A stretch of 37,063 bases of DNA from Clostridia bacterium (GCA_017618795.1 JAFZTO010000034.1:1-37063); one strand, 5' to 3'; shown: positions 9,190 to 17,305, counted from the stretch's first letter. A program made the numbers and translations. The notes: a model not told the origin generated them from the letters alone.

Positions 9190-10719
9190 TCAGTAACCCC
9201 ACTTTTCGACTGCCTTAATCAGTTTGCTAATAGCCTTTGCGACCTGTGTCTCGTATTTTGCATAGTAAGACGCGATGTCGCTGGTCTGTGAAACACCGCT
9301 GTACCACTCCTGGCAACCGGTCAGGAACACGGTATTCATGGCAAATCCGGCGAAATTATAGTACATACCGAGATCGTAAACTCTATTATTTAGAATCAGC
9401 TCAATCATTGCGGCTGATTCGTCATCACGGGTGTTTTTGGTCTTCAGGACAACGTCGTAAAATCCGGGGACAAGCGTATAATGAGCCTCGGCCGCAAGCG
9501 CCTCGAGAATTATCGACGAAAAATCCGCGTCGTCGACATAATACGGTATCGACACAACACTCCCACCGTAAGGCTGAGCAAGAGAACAGTAATCCTTCTG
9601 CGTTTCGTCGTACATCGGTACGGGAATAATCCCGAAATCGTCGATCATAGATTCCCTGAACTGCTCGGTCACGCTGAGCGGGCCCTGTTTGAACAGCGCT
9701 CTTCCCTCAGAGAATATTGTATTGTTGTACGAACCGCTGTACGGCTCATCCTCCACTTTGAACTGGGAACTGTTGAAAGTGATCTGCTTGTCAAACAGTA
9801 TCTGCTCAAGGAAATACTGCATCATGTTCACGTTTCTCTGAGTATAGAAGGAATCATAGGGAAGTCCTTCGTCGTCCTTTGAAACGTAACGTCCGCCCCC
9901 GGAGACGAAGAAATGGTTTACAAGTCCGTCGTCGCCGGTCAGACCGAACTGATCGAGCGGCCCTTCATGACCGTCCTTGTCGAGATCGATGTAAAGCGGT
10001 TTGCAGAGTTCAAGGAGCTTTGCCATAGTCCATTCCTTATTTTCAACGATCTCGTACATGTTTCCAACGTTGTAGTCGGTAGCAAGACGCTTGTTGAAGA
10101 ATATCGCTCCTGCGGTGCCGAAGTCGTTAATCGTCAGATTGCAGATGCCGAACGGCATATATCCGTTGATGTTGAACGAATCGACGGCACCCTGATTCCA
10201 CCACGGCTTGTCGAGCTCCAGATAATCCATGTCCGCTAAATTGGCGAAGACGTTCTGCCCGTAAAGGCGCTGGATGTTATCACCGAGGGACACGTACACG
10301 TCTGCTATGCTCTCGCCAGTTGACGCGGTCTGCTGAATCAGTCCCTCGTAATCAAGATACTGCTCCTCGCGCATGGTTATCTTGACCTTATACTTTTCCT
10401 CAACAGCCAGATTTCTTCTCCAGACACCCTGACTTATGGGATTGTCGCCCTCGGATTCAACGAACAGATCTTCCCAGATTCTGTACCCGAAAACGTTTGA
10501 AGCGAGTATCCTGTATTCGCGCCCGTCATAATCCATCTCCGGCAGATTAGGCAGGATTCTGGCGGTCGTGACCTCGTCGGTCACCTCCGTTCCGTCGCCT
10601 TTTCCGGTGGATCCTGTTCCCGTTGTCGTGCCCGGCTCGGGCCTGTTTGTTTCAGCGCATCCGATAGCCACGGCCGCAATCATTGCAAGTGCCAGAAGCA
10701 TACAAACCAGTTTTTTCAT
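9190..10719 (-). CDS. Extracellular solute-binding lipoprotein, large (~510 aa) LplA/LipO-like family-1 SBP (SBP1)
   Basis: The ORF-track model (to 10854) overlaps the upstream gene. An internal ATG at 10719 gives MKKLVCMLLALAMIAAVAIGCAETN (lipobox IGC) and has GGAGGA about 10 nt upstream. It is paralogous to the ORFs at 18375-19838 and 36848-37063 (shared DY(D/N)G.E(F/Y).I, RRN..VEE(K/R)(Y/F)(K/N)VKI, WWNQ/HWNQ blocks). Confidence 0.8.
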   Translation of the reverse strand: MKKLVCMLLALAMIAAVAIGCAETNRPEPGTTTGTGSTGKGDGTEVTDEVTTARILPNLPEMDYDGREYRILASNVFGYRIWEDLFVESEGDNPISQGVWRRNLAVEEKYKVKITMREEQYLDYEGLIQQTASTGESIADVYVSLGDNIQRLYGQNVFANLADMDYLELDKPWWNQGAVDSFNINGYMPFGICNLTINDFGTAGAIFFNKRLATDYNVGNMYEIVENKEWTMAKLLELCKPLYIDLDKDGHEGPLDQFGLTGDDGLVNHFFVSGGGRYVSKDDEGLPYDSFYTQRNVNMMQYFLEQILFDKQITFNSSQFKVEDEPYSGSYNNTIFSEGRALFKQGPLSVTEQFRESMIDDFGIIPVPMYDETQKDYCSLAQPYGGSVVSIPYYVDDADFSSIILEALAAEAHYTLVPGFYDVVLKTKNTRDDESAAMIELILNNRVYDLGMYYNFAGFAMNTVFLTGCQEWYSGVSQTSDIASYYAKYETQVAKAISKLIKAVEKWGY

Positions 10720-10733
10720 GTTTTTTATCCTCC

Positions 10734-12116
10734 TCAGATAATCTTGATATTTCTCACCGTGCCGCGTCCTGTTCCTCCGGCCGGCGTCTTTCTGGGGTAA
10801 TCCGGGTTTACGGTCAGCTTTCTTATCAGAATCAGCAGATCCGGATCGTTGCACCGCTCGCCCTGAACCGTGATATTTGTCATTGTGACTCCATCTATAT
10901 GACAGTCCCTGTCGGGATCGAAAAATTCAACCCAGTCCTCCGGATTGTCTGAATATTTCCAAGTCGCCGAATTTGGACCTACAGCAACAAAACGGTAATC
11001 CGAATATGCAAGATCAGCCAGTGGATAGCTTACATCGATGTCCGATAGATGAATCTCTCCTCCGTTGGCATGTATCTCAAAGCAGGCGTTTTTGGCAGTG
11101 TAGTATGTGTTCGCCGGATAATAATCCATCCGTATCCTTCTGAAAAACAGATTATGAATCAAACCGGGGCCGAAACTTTTGTCGTTTTTCCCGTCTGGAG
11201 TCCAATCGGGCTGATAGTACAATTTGAATGTGTGAACGCCCGTTATATCCTGAAAAACTGTATTGAAGACAGGACATTCTGTCATGCTACCGTCCGGAAA
11301 AACATAATTTCCAGGCAAAAGCCGCATCTCAGACCATAAATGTCCTGGCAGACAGTTGATTTTTTCAACAATTATATCATGTATTCCGCCGAAGGTCAAC
11401 CGTCCTGCTTTCCAGTTCCACGCATTGAGAGCGACGATGTCATCGCCTGTCAGTCCGCGTATGTCGCGGATGACGCCCCATGAGGCCGGACCTTCCACGT
11501 GAATACCGTCGCGGTTCTGATCCTCAGCAAAACATATATCGTTTATAAGAAAGCCGGAACAGTTTCCGATCATCAGACCCATACGCCTGGAATGCCGGAT
11601 CGTTACATGTTCAAAACGGCAGCCAATCACGTTGCTGAACAGAAATAGCCCGTCGCTTCCGCCGTCAAACGTTTCTCTGCAGTTAATGATTACGGATTCC
11701 GGAGCTTCCCAGATCCCGCCTGTAACCGAAATATCCCGATCACTGGAATCCCCCGGAGATACTTCGCGGAAACGGCCGTCAAGAACGTTGCGATTACGGA
11801 GCATTACTCCGTCTCTGGTAAAAATCATCCTGGTTTCCGGATGCACGCGGAGCGTGTTACCGCTGTTTATTTTAATACAATGCCTGAAATAAAGCGGTTC
11901 GCTGTGGTAAGGGATCTCAACGCCCGGGTGCTCGTTCAAAGCCTTCTGAACAGCAATCGAATAATCCTTTACCGTTTCACCGCAATATTCGTATGTATCG
12001 CAGTATGGCAGATATTCATCCGCATTTATACAGTCCGCATGCGGTTCTGCAAGGCGGTCAATTCTTTCCCGAATTCGCTTTTCCAGAAAATCAGCGTCGT
12101 AATCTTTCAGCGGCAT
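10734..12116 (-). CDS. Right-handed beta-helix (pectin-lyase-fold) protein, GH28-like putative glycosidase, cytoplasmic; paralog A
   Basis: 460 aa with no signal peptide. DQNRDGIHVEG ... TGDDIVALNAW ... FGGIHD spacing resembles the GH28 D / DD / H arrangement. The N-terminal DYSIAVQKALNEHPGVEIPY is pectate_lyase_3-like. GGAGGAG RBS. Full-length paralog of 12173-13570. Confidence 0.55.
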   Translation of the reverse strand: MPLKDYDADFLEKRIRERIDRLAEPHADCINADEYLPYCDTYEYCGETVKDYSIAVQKALNEHPGVEIPYHSEPLYFRHCIKINSGNTLRVHPETRMIFTRDGVMLRNRNVLDGRFREVSPGDSSDRDISVTGGIWEAPESVIINCRETFDGGSDGLFLFSNVIGCRFEHVTIRHSRRMGLMIGNCSGFLINDICFAEDQNRDGIHVEGPASWGVIRDIRGLTGDDIVALNAWNWKAGRLTFGGIHDIIVEKINCLPGHLWSEMRLLPGNYVFPDGSMTECPVFNTVFQDITGVHTFKLYYQPDWTPDGKNDKSFGPGLIHNLFFRRIRMDYYPANTYYTAKNACFEIHANGGEIHLSDIDVSYPLADLAYSDYRFVAVGPNSATWKYSDNPEDWVEFFDPDRDCHIDGVTMTNITVQGERCNDPDLLILIRKLTVNPDYPRKTPAGGTGRGTVRNIKII

Positions 12117-12172
12117 GAATGTTCTCCTCCGGTTTTTTATATTTCGACCGGGTAACGCCTTTACCCTTCTGT

Positions 12173-13570
12173 TCAGACGATGAAAACTTCTCTCGCCACA
12201 CCGTATCCCGTTCCTCCGGCCGGCGTGGTTTTCGGATAATCAGGGTTAACAGTCTGCCTTCTTACAAGAAGCAGTTTTTCCCCGTCAACGCATTTTTCCC
12301 CGCAAACCGTGATATTGTCAAACACTATATTTTCCGCATGACATATACTGTCAGGATCGAAAAAATCGAACCAGTCTTCGGGATTATCGCTGATTTTCCA
12401 TGTGGCTGAAATCGGCCCGATGGCTGCAAGAGAATAGTCCGAATAATTACCGTCCTTCAGCGGATAGTTCACTTCAATGTCGTAAAAACCGAAGTTGTAT
12501 CCGTCCGCGTGTATCTCAAAGCAGGAGTCCTTGGCCGTGTAATACGCGGAAACGGGGTAGTAGTCCACGATTATTCTCCTGAAATACAGATCGTGAAGCA
12601 CACCGAGTCCAAAGCTCCTGTCAGTGTTATAACCCGGCATAAGGTTTGGCTGGTTGTACATCTTCACCGTATGTACGCCGGAAATGTCCTGCATAATGAT
12701 ATTGTAAAGCGAACATTCGATAGTCTCGCCGTCGGGAAGCACGTAATTCCCCGGAAGCAGTCTCATTTCCGACCACAGATGCCCGGGCTGACAGTGTATG
12801 TTCTCGACAATGACGTCGTGAATGCTTCCGAACGTCAGACTGGAGTTCGTCCAGTCCCAGGCATTAAGGGCTATGACATCGTCACCTGTTCTTCCGCGTA
12901 TATCGCTGATTGTCCCACGGAACGCCGGCCCCTCCACGTGTATACCGTCGCGGTTCTGATCCGCGATAAATTCAACGTCGTTTACCGTAAAGTCGGAGCA
13001 GTTTCCTATCATCAGACCCATTCTATTAGAATGGCGTATCCTTATATGCTCAAAGCTGACTCTGACAATGTTGTGCAGCAGAAATAACGCGTCACTCCCG
13101 AGAAATCCGTCAAAAGGCCTTGAGTTGTTTATGATCACGCTGTTCGGCGCTTCCCATATTCCGCCGCTTACCGATATATCGTGATCGCTGCACAACCCCG
13201 GCTCGACCCGGTTGAAATGGCCGTCAATGACATTTCTGTTGCGGAGTATTATTCCGTCATCGATAAGAATAATTCTCGTATCCGGATGCACCTTCAGTGA
13301 ATTGCCGCTGTTTACAATAACGGCCCTGCTGATATATATTGGCTCGCTGTGATACGGAATCTCCACGTTCCGGTGCGCATTGAGCGCCATCTGGACTGCG
13401 TTTATGTAATCTGTGACATCTTTCCCTTCATACACCGCCGTACTGCAGTAATTCAGATAATCATCCGCGCTGGCGTATTCGGAACAATCAATTACGGGTC
13501 TCACAATCTGTGTGCGTATCTTCTTTTCCAGCGTCCCGCACTCATTACGCCCGTTTTTCAGGGTCCTCAT
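12173..13570 (-). CDS. Right-handed beta-helix (pectin-lyase-fold) protein, GH28-like putative glycosidase, cytoplasmic; paralog B
   Basis: 465 aa, colinear with paralog A (EIPYHSEP, GGIWEAPNSVIIN, RMGLMIGNCS, DQNRDGIHVEGPA, TGDDVIALNAW, PGHLWSEMRLLPGNYV, TVNPDYPKTTPAGGTG). The GGGAGGAA RBS lies inside the AraC gene end. The ATG is 3 nt after the AraC stop. Confidence 0.55.
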   Translation of the reverse strand: MRTLKNGRNECGTLEKKIRTQIVRPVIDCSEYASADDYLNYCSTAVYEGKDVTDYINAVQMALNAHRNVEIPYHSEPIYISRAVIVNSGNSLKVHPDTRIILIDDGIILRNRNVIDGHFNRVEPGLCSDHDISVSGGIWEAPNSVIINNSRPFDGFLGSDALFLLHNIVRVSFEHIRIRHSNRMGLMIGNCSDFTVNDVEFIADQNRDGIHVEGPAFRGTISDIRGRTGDDVIALNAWDWTNSSLTFGSIHDVIVENIHCQPGHLWSEMRLLPGNYVLPDGETIECSLYNIIMQDISGVHTVKMYNQPNLMPGYNTDRSFGLGVLHDLYFRRIIVDYYPVSAYYTAKDSCFEIHADGYNFGFYDIEVNYPLKDGNYSDYSLAAIGPISATWKISDNPEDWFDFFDPDSICHAENIVFDNITVCGEKCVDGEKLLLVRRQTVNPDYPKTTPAGGTGYGVAREVFIV

Positions 13571-13573
13571 TTA

Positions 13574-14464
13574 TCAGTTCCTCCCGGAATTATTATTCAG
13601 TATTTCAAACTGATATCGGGACGGCGTCACTCCGATTATTTCCTTGAAAGTCCTGGCGAAAGAATGGTATGACAGGAAACCGGCCTTTTTTCTCGCCTCG
13701 TCAAGGGTCATCCCCGAAAGTATGTTTTCAATCGAATGAGATATCCTCACATTCTGAAGATACTGATGAATCGTCAGGCCCGTCACTTCCTTGAAAACGA
13801 CAGTCAGATAACTTTTGCTCGTATTCATTTTCTCATATAGGGCGTCGTTTGTAAAGTTTACATCGGCGTAATTGTTTTCTATATATTCCGACGCGCGCAT
13901 AACAAGGGGCCAGGCGCCGAGCTCGCGTTTCGCAACCGATTCGCTGTTCGAACGGCATTTTGAAATAAGATCGAGCATTTTAATCAGTTCCGATTTGGCC
14001 TGCAATATGCTGTTTTCGACGTGGAAAAGATTTTCAAGCGTGTCAAGTATCGATTTCAGATGTGCTCTCTCGCTGAAATCAAAGTGATAGAGTTCAGCCG
14101 AATTTATGACCTTTTCCCTTCTGGGTGAAAGAACAGTCTCATCCAGCGTTCCGCTGTACATGTTCGCGCCAACGAGATTAAGTTCCATTCTTTCAGGCAT
14201 CGAATACATATCGAAATGAACGACATACATTTCGGTATTGCATTTTATTGTCGTGAAATGCGGGGTGAACGGCGGAATCAGTATTCCTTTCCCGCTGTCA
14301 ATCGTAAATTCTATTCCATCGATTTTATAGGTCAGCACACCGTCGCTTATGTATGTAAAAACATAATCGTAGTCAATGAATCTCATGTCCTGAAAAATGA
14401 CTCCCGATTCCCTTCTCATAGCTCTGAGAAACGGCGAAACGTCATACGGAATCCATGTTTTCAT
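13574..14464 (-). CDS. AraC/XylS-family transcriptional regulator (cupin sensor + HTH), first gene of its operon
   Basis: The N-terminal cupin-like part reads GILIPPFTPHFT. The C-terminal HTH_18 region reads YLTVVFKEVTGLTIHQYLQNVRISHSIENILSGMTLDEARKKAGFLSYHSFARTFKEIIGVTPSRY. Confidence 0.9.
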   Translation of the reverse strand: MKTWIPYDVSPFLRAMRRESGVIFQDMRFIDYDYVFTYISDGVLTYKIDGIEFTIDSGKGILIPPFTPHFTTIKCNTEMYVVHFDMYSMPERMELNLVGANMYSGTLDETVLSPRREKVINSAELYHFDFSERAHLKSILDTLENLFHVENSILQAKSELIKMLDLISKCRSNSESVAKRELGAWPLVMRASEYIENNYADVNFTNDALYEKMNTSKSYLTVVFKEVTGLTIHQYLQNVRISHSIENILSGMTLDEARKKAGFLSYHSFARTFKEIIGVTPSRYQFEILNNNSGRN

Positions 14465-14496
14465 CTTTTCTCCCCCGCCTGACTTCGTTCGATATT

Positions 14497-14525
14497 ATTA
14501 TACAACATGTTTTCAGCGTTGTCAA
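14497..14525 (-). promoter_or_regulatory. Exact-consensus sigma-A promoter for the AraC-led operon
   Basis: The minus strand reads TTGACA (14525-14520), a 17-nt spacer, then TATAAT (14502-14497). GGGGGAG RBS and the ATG at 14464 follow. Confidence 0.7.
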
Positions 14526-14681
14526 CTTACAATTAATCCATTTACTGTACAAAAAATCCGATTCCTTTAAACCGCCGCCCCATTTTCACACCGAATTTCG
14601 GCAAAACAATTATCATTTTATCCTGTCGGCAGTCTCATTTTTTCCGATTCGCGGTATAAAACCTTTTGCTGCCGAAATTAT

Positions 14682-14711
14682 AATAAAAAATGCTCCCGGA
14701 AAAGAGAGCAT
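14682..14711 (-). terminator. Rho-independent terminator closing a short orphan transcript downstream of the tRNA
   Basis: Minus strand: ATGCTCTC TTTTCC GGGAGCAT followed by TTTTTTATTAT. The stem is 8 bp including one G-U pair, with a 6-nt loop. Confidence 0.55.
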
Positions 14712-14821
14712 GCGTTTCAGTTGTCATAGTAACTTCTGACCGGCGGAATTCCGCTCCGGTCATATGGCAGACCTCCTCCACGCAGCAATCACTTAAGCAA
14801 CGATGAAGGCGGGCTTTCATA

Positions 14822-14860
14822 AGAGAAAAAATAGAAAACCCACGCGGGGGGGAGCGTGGG
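14822..14860 (-). terminator. Rho-independent terminator of tRNA-Arg
   Basis: Minus strand: CCCACGC (8-nt loop) GCGTGGG followed by TTTTCTATTTTTTCTCTT. It starts 5 nt after the encoded CCA end of the tRNA. Confidence 0.8.
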
Positions 14861-14865
14861 CATTC

Positions 14866-14941
14866 TGGCGCGCCCGAGAGGATTCGAACCTCCGGCCAAT
14901 CGGTTCGTAGCCGAGTACTCTATCCGCTGAGCTACGGGCGC
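14866..14941 (-). tRNA. tRNA-Arg (anticodon ACG), CCA encoded
   Basis: The reverse complement reads GCGCCCGTAGCTCAGCGGATAGAGTACTCGGCTACGAACCGATTGGCCGGAGGTTCGAATCCTCTCGGGCGCGCCA. The 7-bp acceptor stem is GCGCCCG/CGGGCGC. The D arm is GCTC-AGCGGATA-GAGT. The anticodon loop is CTACGAA. The T arm is GGAGG-TTCGAAT-CCTCT. Total length is 76 nt. Confidence 0.9.
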
Positions 14942-14961
14942 ATTGCTTTTCAGCGGATAAT

Positions 14962-14990
14962 ATTATACCACTTCTTTCGACTTTTGTCAA
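14962..14990 (-). promoter_or_regulatory. Exact-consensus sigma-A promoter for tRNA-Arg
   Basis: Minus strand: TTGACA (14990-14985), a 17-nt spacer, TATAAT (14967-14962). The tRNA 5' end lies about 20 nt downstream. Confidence 0.75.
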
Positions 14991-14997
14991 GGTTTCC

Positions 14998-15032
14998 TGA
15001 AAAAATGGCGGAAAAAATGTTTTCTTTTCCGC
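14998..15032 (-). terminator. Rho-independent terminator of the GH-D alpha-galactosidase-like gene
   Basis: Minus strand: GCGGAAAA (9-nt loop) TTTTCCGC followed by CATTTTTTCAGG. It lies 35 nt after the stop at 15068. Confidence 0.7.
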
Positions 15033-15067
15033 ATTTTCAATTGCAGAAACTCTTCAGGGACTCGAAA

Positions 15068-17152
15068 CTAAAAAACAATGCTCCATTCCGTCAGCGTTCC
15101 GTCGGGAACAACGGAATAAACGCCGGACGTGTCGCTCTCCGGGTCATACCACGTGATTTTGTACTCGTCGCCCGGAACGGTTTCCGAAACGCCGGACAGG
15201 ACGCGACTCTCTCCGTCCCAGCGCATCTCCTTTATCTCCAGCGCTCCCTGGCTTATGTGCCTGTTCGTCGATACGATGGCGGGATGTTCCGGCACTTCTC
15301 TAATCAGCAGCACCTTTGATTCGCAGGGATGAAAATCGAGCCGCAGTCCGTGTCTTACCCGTCCGTAAAAAACGCCGTCCCAGTAATCGTAAACGAGATA
15401 CTCCTTTTCCGGCTCCAGATCGAGTTCCGTGAACAGAAATTCCTCCGTCCGGTCTCTTTCGGTGAGATTTACAACGTCCGCGATCTGATACCCGTCAAAC
15501 GCGGTTTTAACATAGCAACCTATGACAAACGTCTGACCGAGCTTTTCCTTGCTCTCAAGCAGCAGCGGGTGAACGTCAAGAGACGGTATGACCCTGCGGA
15601 TTATGTCTATACGCTCGTCGGACAGTTCGCGCAGATCGTCGCCTATCGTTACCGGAAGCCCGAGCAGGCTGACGAGCGACGCCCTTGTCCTCGCCTGATA
15701 AAGCGTATTGAACTCCTCCCTGACAATGAGATTGTCCGGATCGCAGTACTCGGCGTTGTTGTGGAGAGGATAATAATACTGGAGTTTACCGAAGCACTCG
15801 TCAAGATAGTTCCGCCAGGAAAAAATGTCGCACCCGATACGCGCCGCGTCGAAAATATCCGCATACGCGCAGATGTCGCGTTGCGATTCACCGTGGCACG
15901 AGAGCATATAAGTACCGTCCCCGACGGTTTCGCGGGCCTTTTTCACGACATCGCGGAGCGCCTGCTCCGGAGTTTTGCTTTTGTCGTAAAAGCGGTCGTG
16001 GTACTGGTCGTAATAGTCCAGCGCCCGCGGGAGCGCGTCCCATTTTATCGCCTCATATCCCCATTCATTCTTAAGCGTGCCGAAGACCGAGGGGATAAAT
16101 TCGTTAAGATATTTCGGATGTGTCGGATCGAACCACCAGTCCCCGCACCACGATTTTCTCTTTACAAGCACCGTTTCGGGATTTTCCTTAATAAACGGCG
16201 TTTCGCGGACCTCGTGCGATGCTCCGATCCACACGCACGGCACAAAGCCGTCCTCCCGTATTCTTTCAGCCAGATATTTCATTCCGTGCGGATAGCGCTC
16301 GGGGTCGGGCGTAAAGGTATCGAATTTTACCTCTTTGTCGGGGCTGTTATGATACCACTCCCAGTCGACCCATATTGCGTTTGCGCCGTAGCCGGCCAGC
16401 TTTTCCTTCTGAATGCGGGAATTATCAAGTATGGATTGCTCGGATGCACCGAAACGCACCGCGTACCAGGTCATAAAACCGACCGGCGGCCTTTCGAATA
16501 CCGTGCGGTTGTTCATGGGGCCGAATTTCATGCCGTACTGCTCCGCTATCACGTTCTCCGCCGTCCGGACGTCAAAGGACGCAAGGTCGCCGGAAAGGCT
16601 GACGCCGAAGGAATAATCTCCGTTTCCGAAATTCAGTGCGGGATTCCCTCCGAGCGTCACGGACGTGTCGCTCAGCCTGTCGTACAGCGTGTCGCATCCT
16701 CGCGGGCAGGCTCTTCCGACAGAGGAGCGCAGGCCGTTTCTTACCGTGCCCTTCGAATATGCCGGGAACGTGTCCGTAGCGGGCTTCAGCCCCCATCTTA
16801 TCTTCCCGCTGAAATCGTAGAAATACCGCCCGTCCCGCTCGCCCTCAATTGATATTGTTGCCTTATCAAGATAAAGCCTTATTCTCAGAATAAAGAACGG
16901 TAGAGCCTCGGGCCCGTCGCAGAAGCAGACGGACACGCCGTTCCCGTCGTAATGTTTTTCGTGTGCGCAGACAATATGTCCGTAATCGGCCGGAGTGAAC
17001 CTTTCCCATACCATGTTGAGGTCTCCGGTTCGCACCGTCAGAGATACTTCATCAAGGACGGTCCCTTCGTTTTCAAGCCCCAGACAGAAAGTTCTGCTCT
17101 CCTCGTCGAACCGCGCGTACCACCGGCGGTAATTAATATAGTTGTACGACAT
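15068..17152 (-). CDS. Clan GH-D (GH27/GH36-type) alpha-galactosidase-like glycoside hydrolase, cytoplasmic, with an N-terminal beta-sandwich
   Basis: 694 aa. VGFMTWYAVRFGASEQSILDNSRIQKEKLAGYGANAIWVDWEWY follows the GWNSW...DDxW pattern. FTPDPERYPHGMKYLAERIREDGFVPCVWIG is melibiase-like. YEAIKWDALP is a KxD nucleophile-type motif. ARIGCDIFSW is an RxxxDI acid/base-type motif. Confidence 0.6.
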   Translation of the reverse strand: MSYNYINYRRWYARFDEESRTFCLGLENEGTVLDEVSLTVRTGDLNMVWERFTPADYGHIVCAHEKHYDGNGVSVCFCDGPEALPFFILRIRLYLDKATISIEGERDGRYFYDFSGKIRWGLKPATDTFPAYSKGTVRNGLRSSVGRACPRGCDTLYDRLSDTSVTLGGNPALNFGNGDYSFGVSLSGDLASFDVRTAENVIAEQYGMKFGPMNNRTVFERPPVGFMTWYAVRFGASEQSILDNSRIQKEKLAGYGANAIWVDWEWYHNSPDKEVKFDTFTPDPERYPHGMKYLAERIREDGFVPCVWIGASHEVRETPFIKENPETVLVKRKSWCGDWWFDPTHPKYLNEFIPSVFGTLKNEWGYEAIKWDALPRALDYYDQYHDRFYDKSKTPEQALRDVVKKARETVGDGTYMLSCHGESQRDICAYADIFDAARIGCDIFSWRNYLDECFGKLQYYYPLHNNAEYCDPDNLIVREEFNTLYQARTRASLVSLLGLPVTIGDDLRELSDERIDIIRRVIPSLDVHPLLLESKEKLGQTFVIGCYVKTAFDGYQIADVVNLTERDRTEEFLFTELDLEPEKEYLVYDYWDGVFYGRVRHGLRLDFHPCESKVLLIREVPEHPAIVSTNRHISQGALEIKEMRWDGESRVLSGVSETVPGDEYKITWYDPESDTSGVYSVVPDGTLTEWSIVF

Positions 17153-17190
17153 TTTCCATCCCCGATTTTTCAGTTATTATTTCAGATACC

Positions 17191-17218
17191 ATTATACAGT
17201 TATTTAACGTTTTGTCAA
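17191..17218 (-). promoter_or_regulatory. Sigma-A promoter for the GH-D gene
   Basis: Minus strand: TTGACA (17218-17213), a 16-nt spacer, TATAAT (17196-17191). The ATG at 17152 is about 40 nt downstream. Confidence 0.65.
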
Positions 17219-17305
17219 GGCTTTCATCGAATTATATCAATACTATAATAAATCAGAGTGACAAAACGGAAACGAAAGACGCTCAAATGATTCTGAAATC
17301 AAAAA

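Noticed and set aside
10720-10854. N-terminal extensions in the ORF-track models: 9190-10854, 19853-21871, 21840-22871, 23884-24981, 25579-27003, 28933-30699 and 34600-34833.
   Set aside because: The extensions overlap the upstream gene, are Arg-rich and non-homologous, and lack an RBS. In each case an internal ATG has a good SD and gives a canonical N-terminus (lipoprotein signal, HTH, or family-typical start). I therefore moved the starts.
14560-14680. Repeated TCCGATTC words and a CCGAATTTCGG near-palindrome upstream of the AraC promoter, considered as AraC binding sites.
   Set aside because: There are only two short 8-nt repeats about 76 bp apart, with no 17-bp direct-repeat structure typical of AraC-family sites. 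They are indistinguishable from chance by eye.
14635-14820. A 61-aa ORF (MKARLHRCLSDCCVEEVCH...) or its 42-aa internal version behind GGAGGAGG, considered as a small protein gene.
   Set aside because: The first ATG abuts the tRNA terminator U-tract and has no SD. Both versions read through a good intrinsic terminator and stop beyond it. The composition is unremarkable. I did not call it as a CDS and kept the region only as an RNA-level curiosity.
14866-14941. tRNA-Arg considered as the integration site of a genomic island carrying the AraC-led glycan operon.
   Set aside because: The window has no integrase, recombinase or mobility gene. I could not spot a direct repeat of the tRNA 3' end elsewhere in the window. 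The flanks carry ordinary promoters and terminators. This cannot be excluded without a whole-genome comparison, but nothing here supports it.
15329-16852. A 507-aa plus-strand ORF. Similar long plus-strand ORFs occur at 28936-30660 (574 aa), 4519-5304, 8049-8732, 17846-18601 and 22829-23575.
   Set aside because: All lie antisense to minus-strand genes that carry clear family motifs. Their translations are Arg/Pro/Val-rich low-complexity with no recognisable motifs and no Shine-Dalgarno sites. The one at 22829-23575 even runs across a promoter region. They are shadow ORFs of GC-balanced coding sequence.
1-17152. Calling the left part a galactoglucomannan utilisation locus outright.
   Set aside because: GH5, GH2, GH1, esterase and alpha-galactosidase-like genes are compatible with mannan. 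However, the subfamilies cannot be determined by eye, and the beta-helix pair does not fit. I kept this only as a hypothesis.
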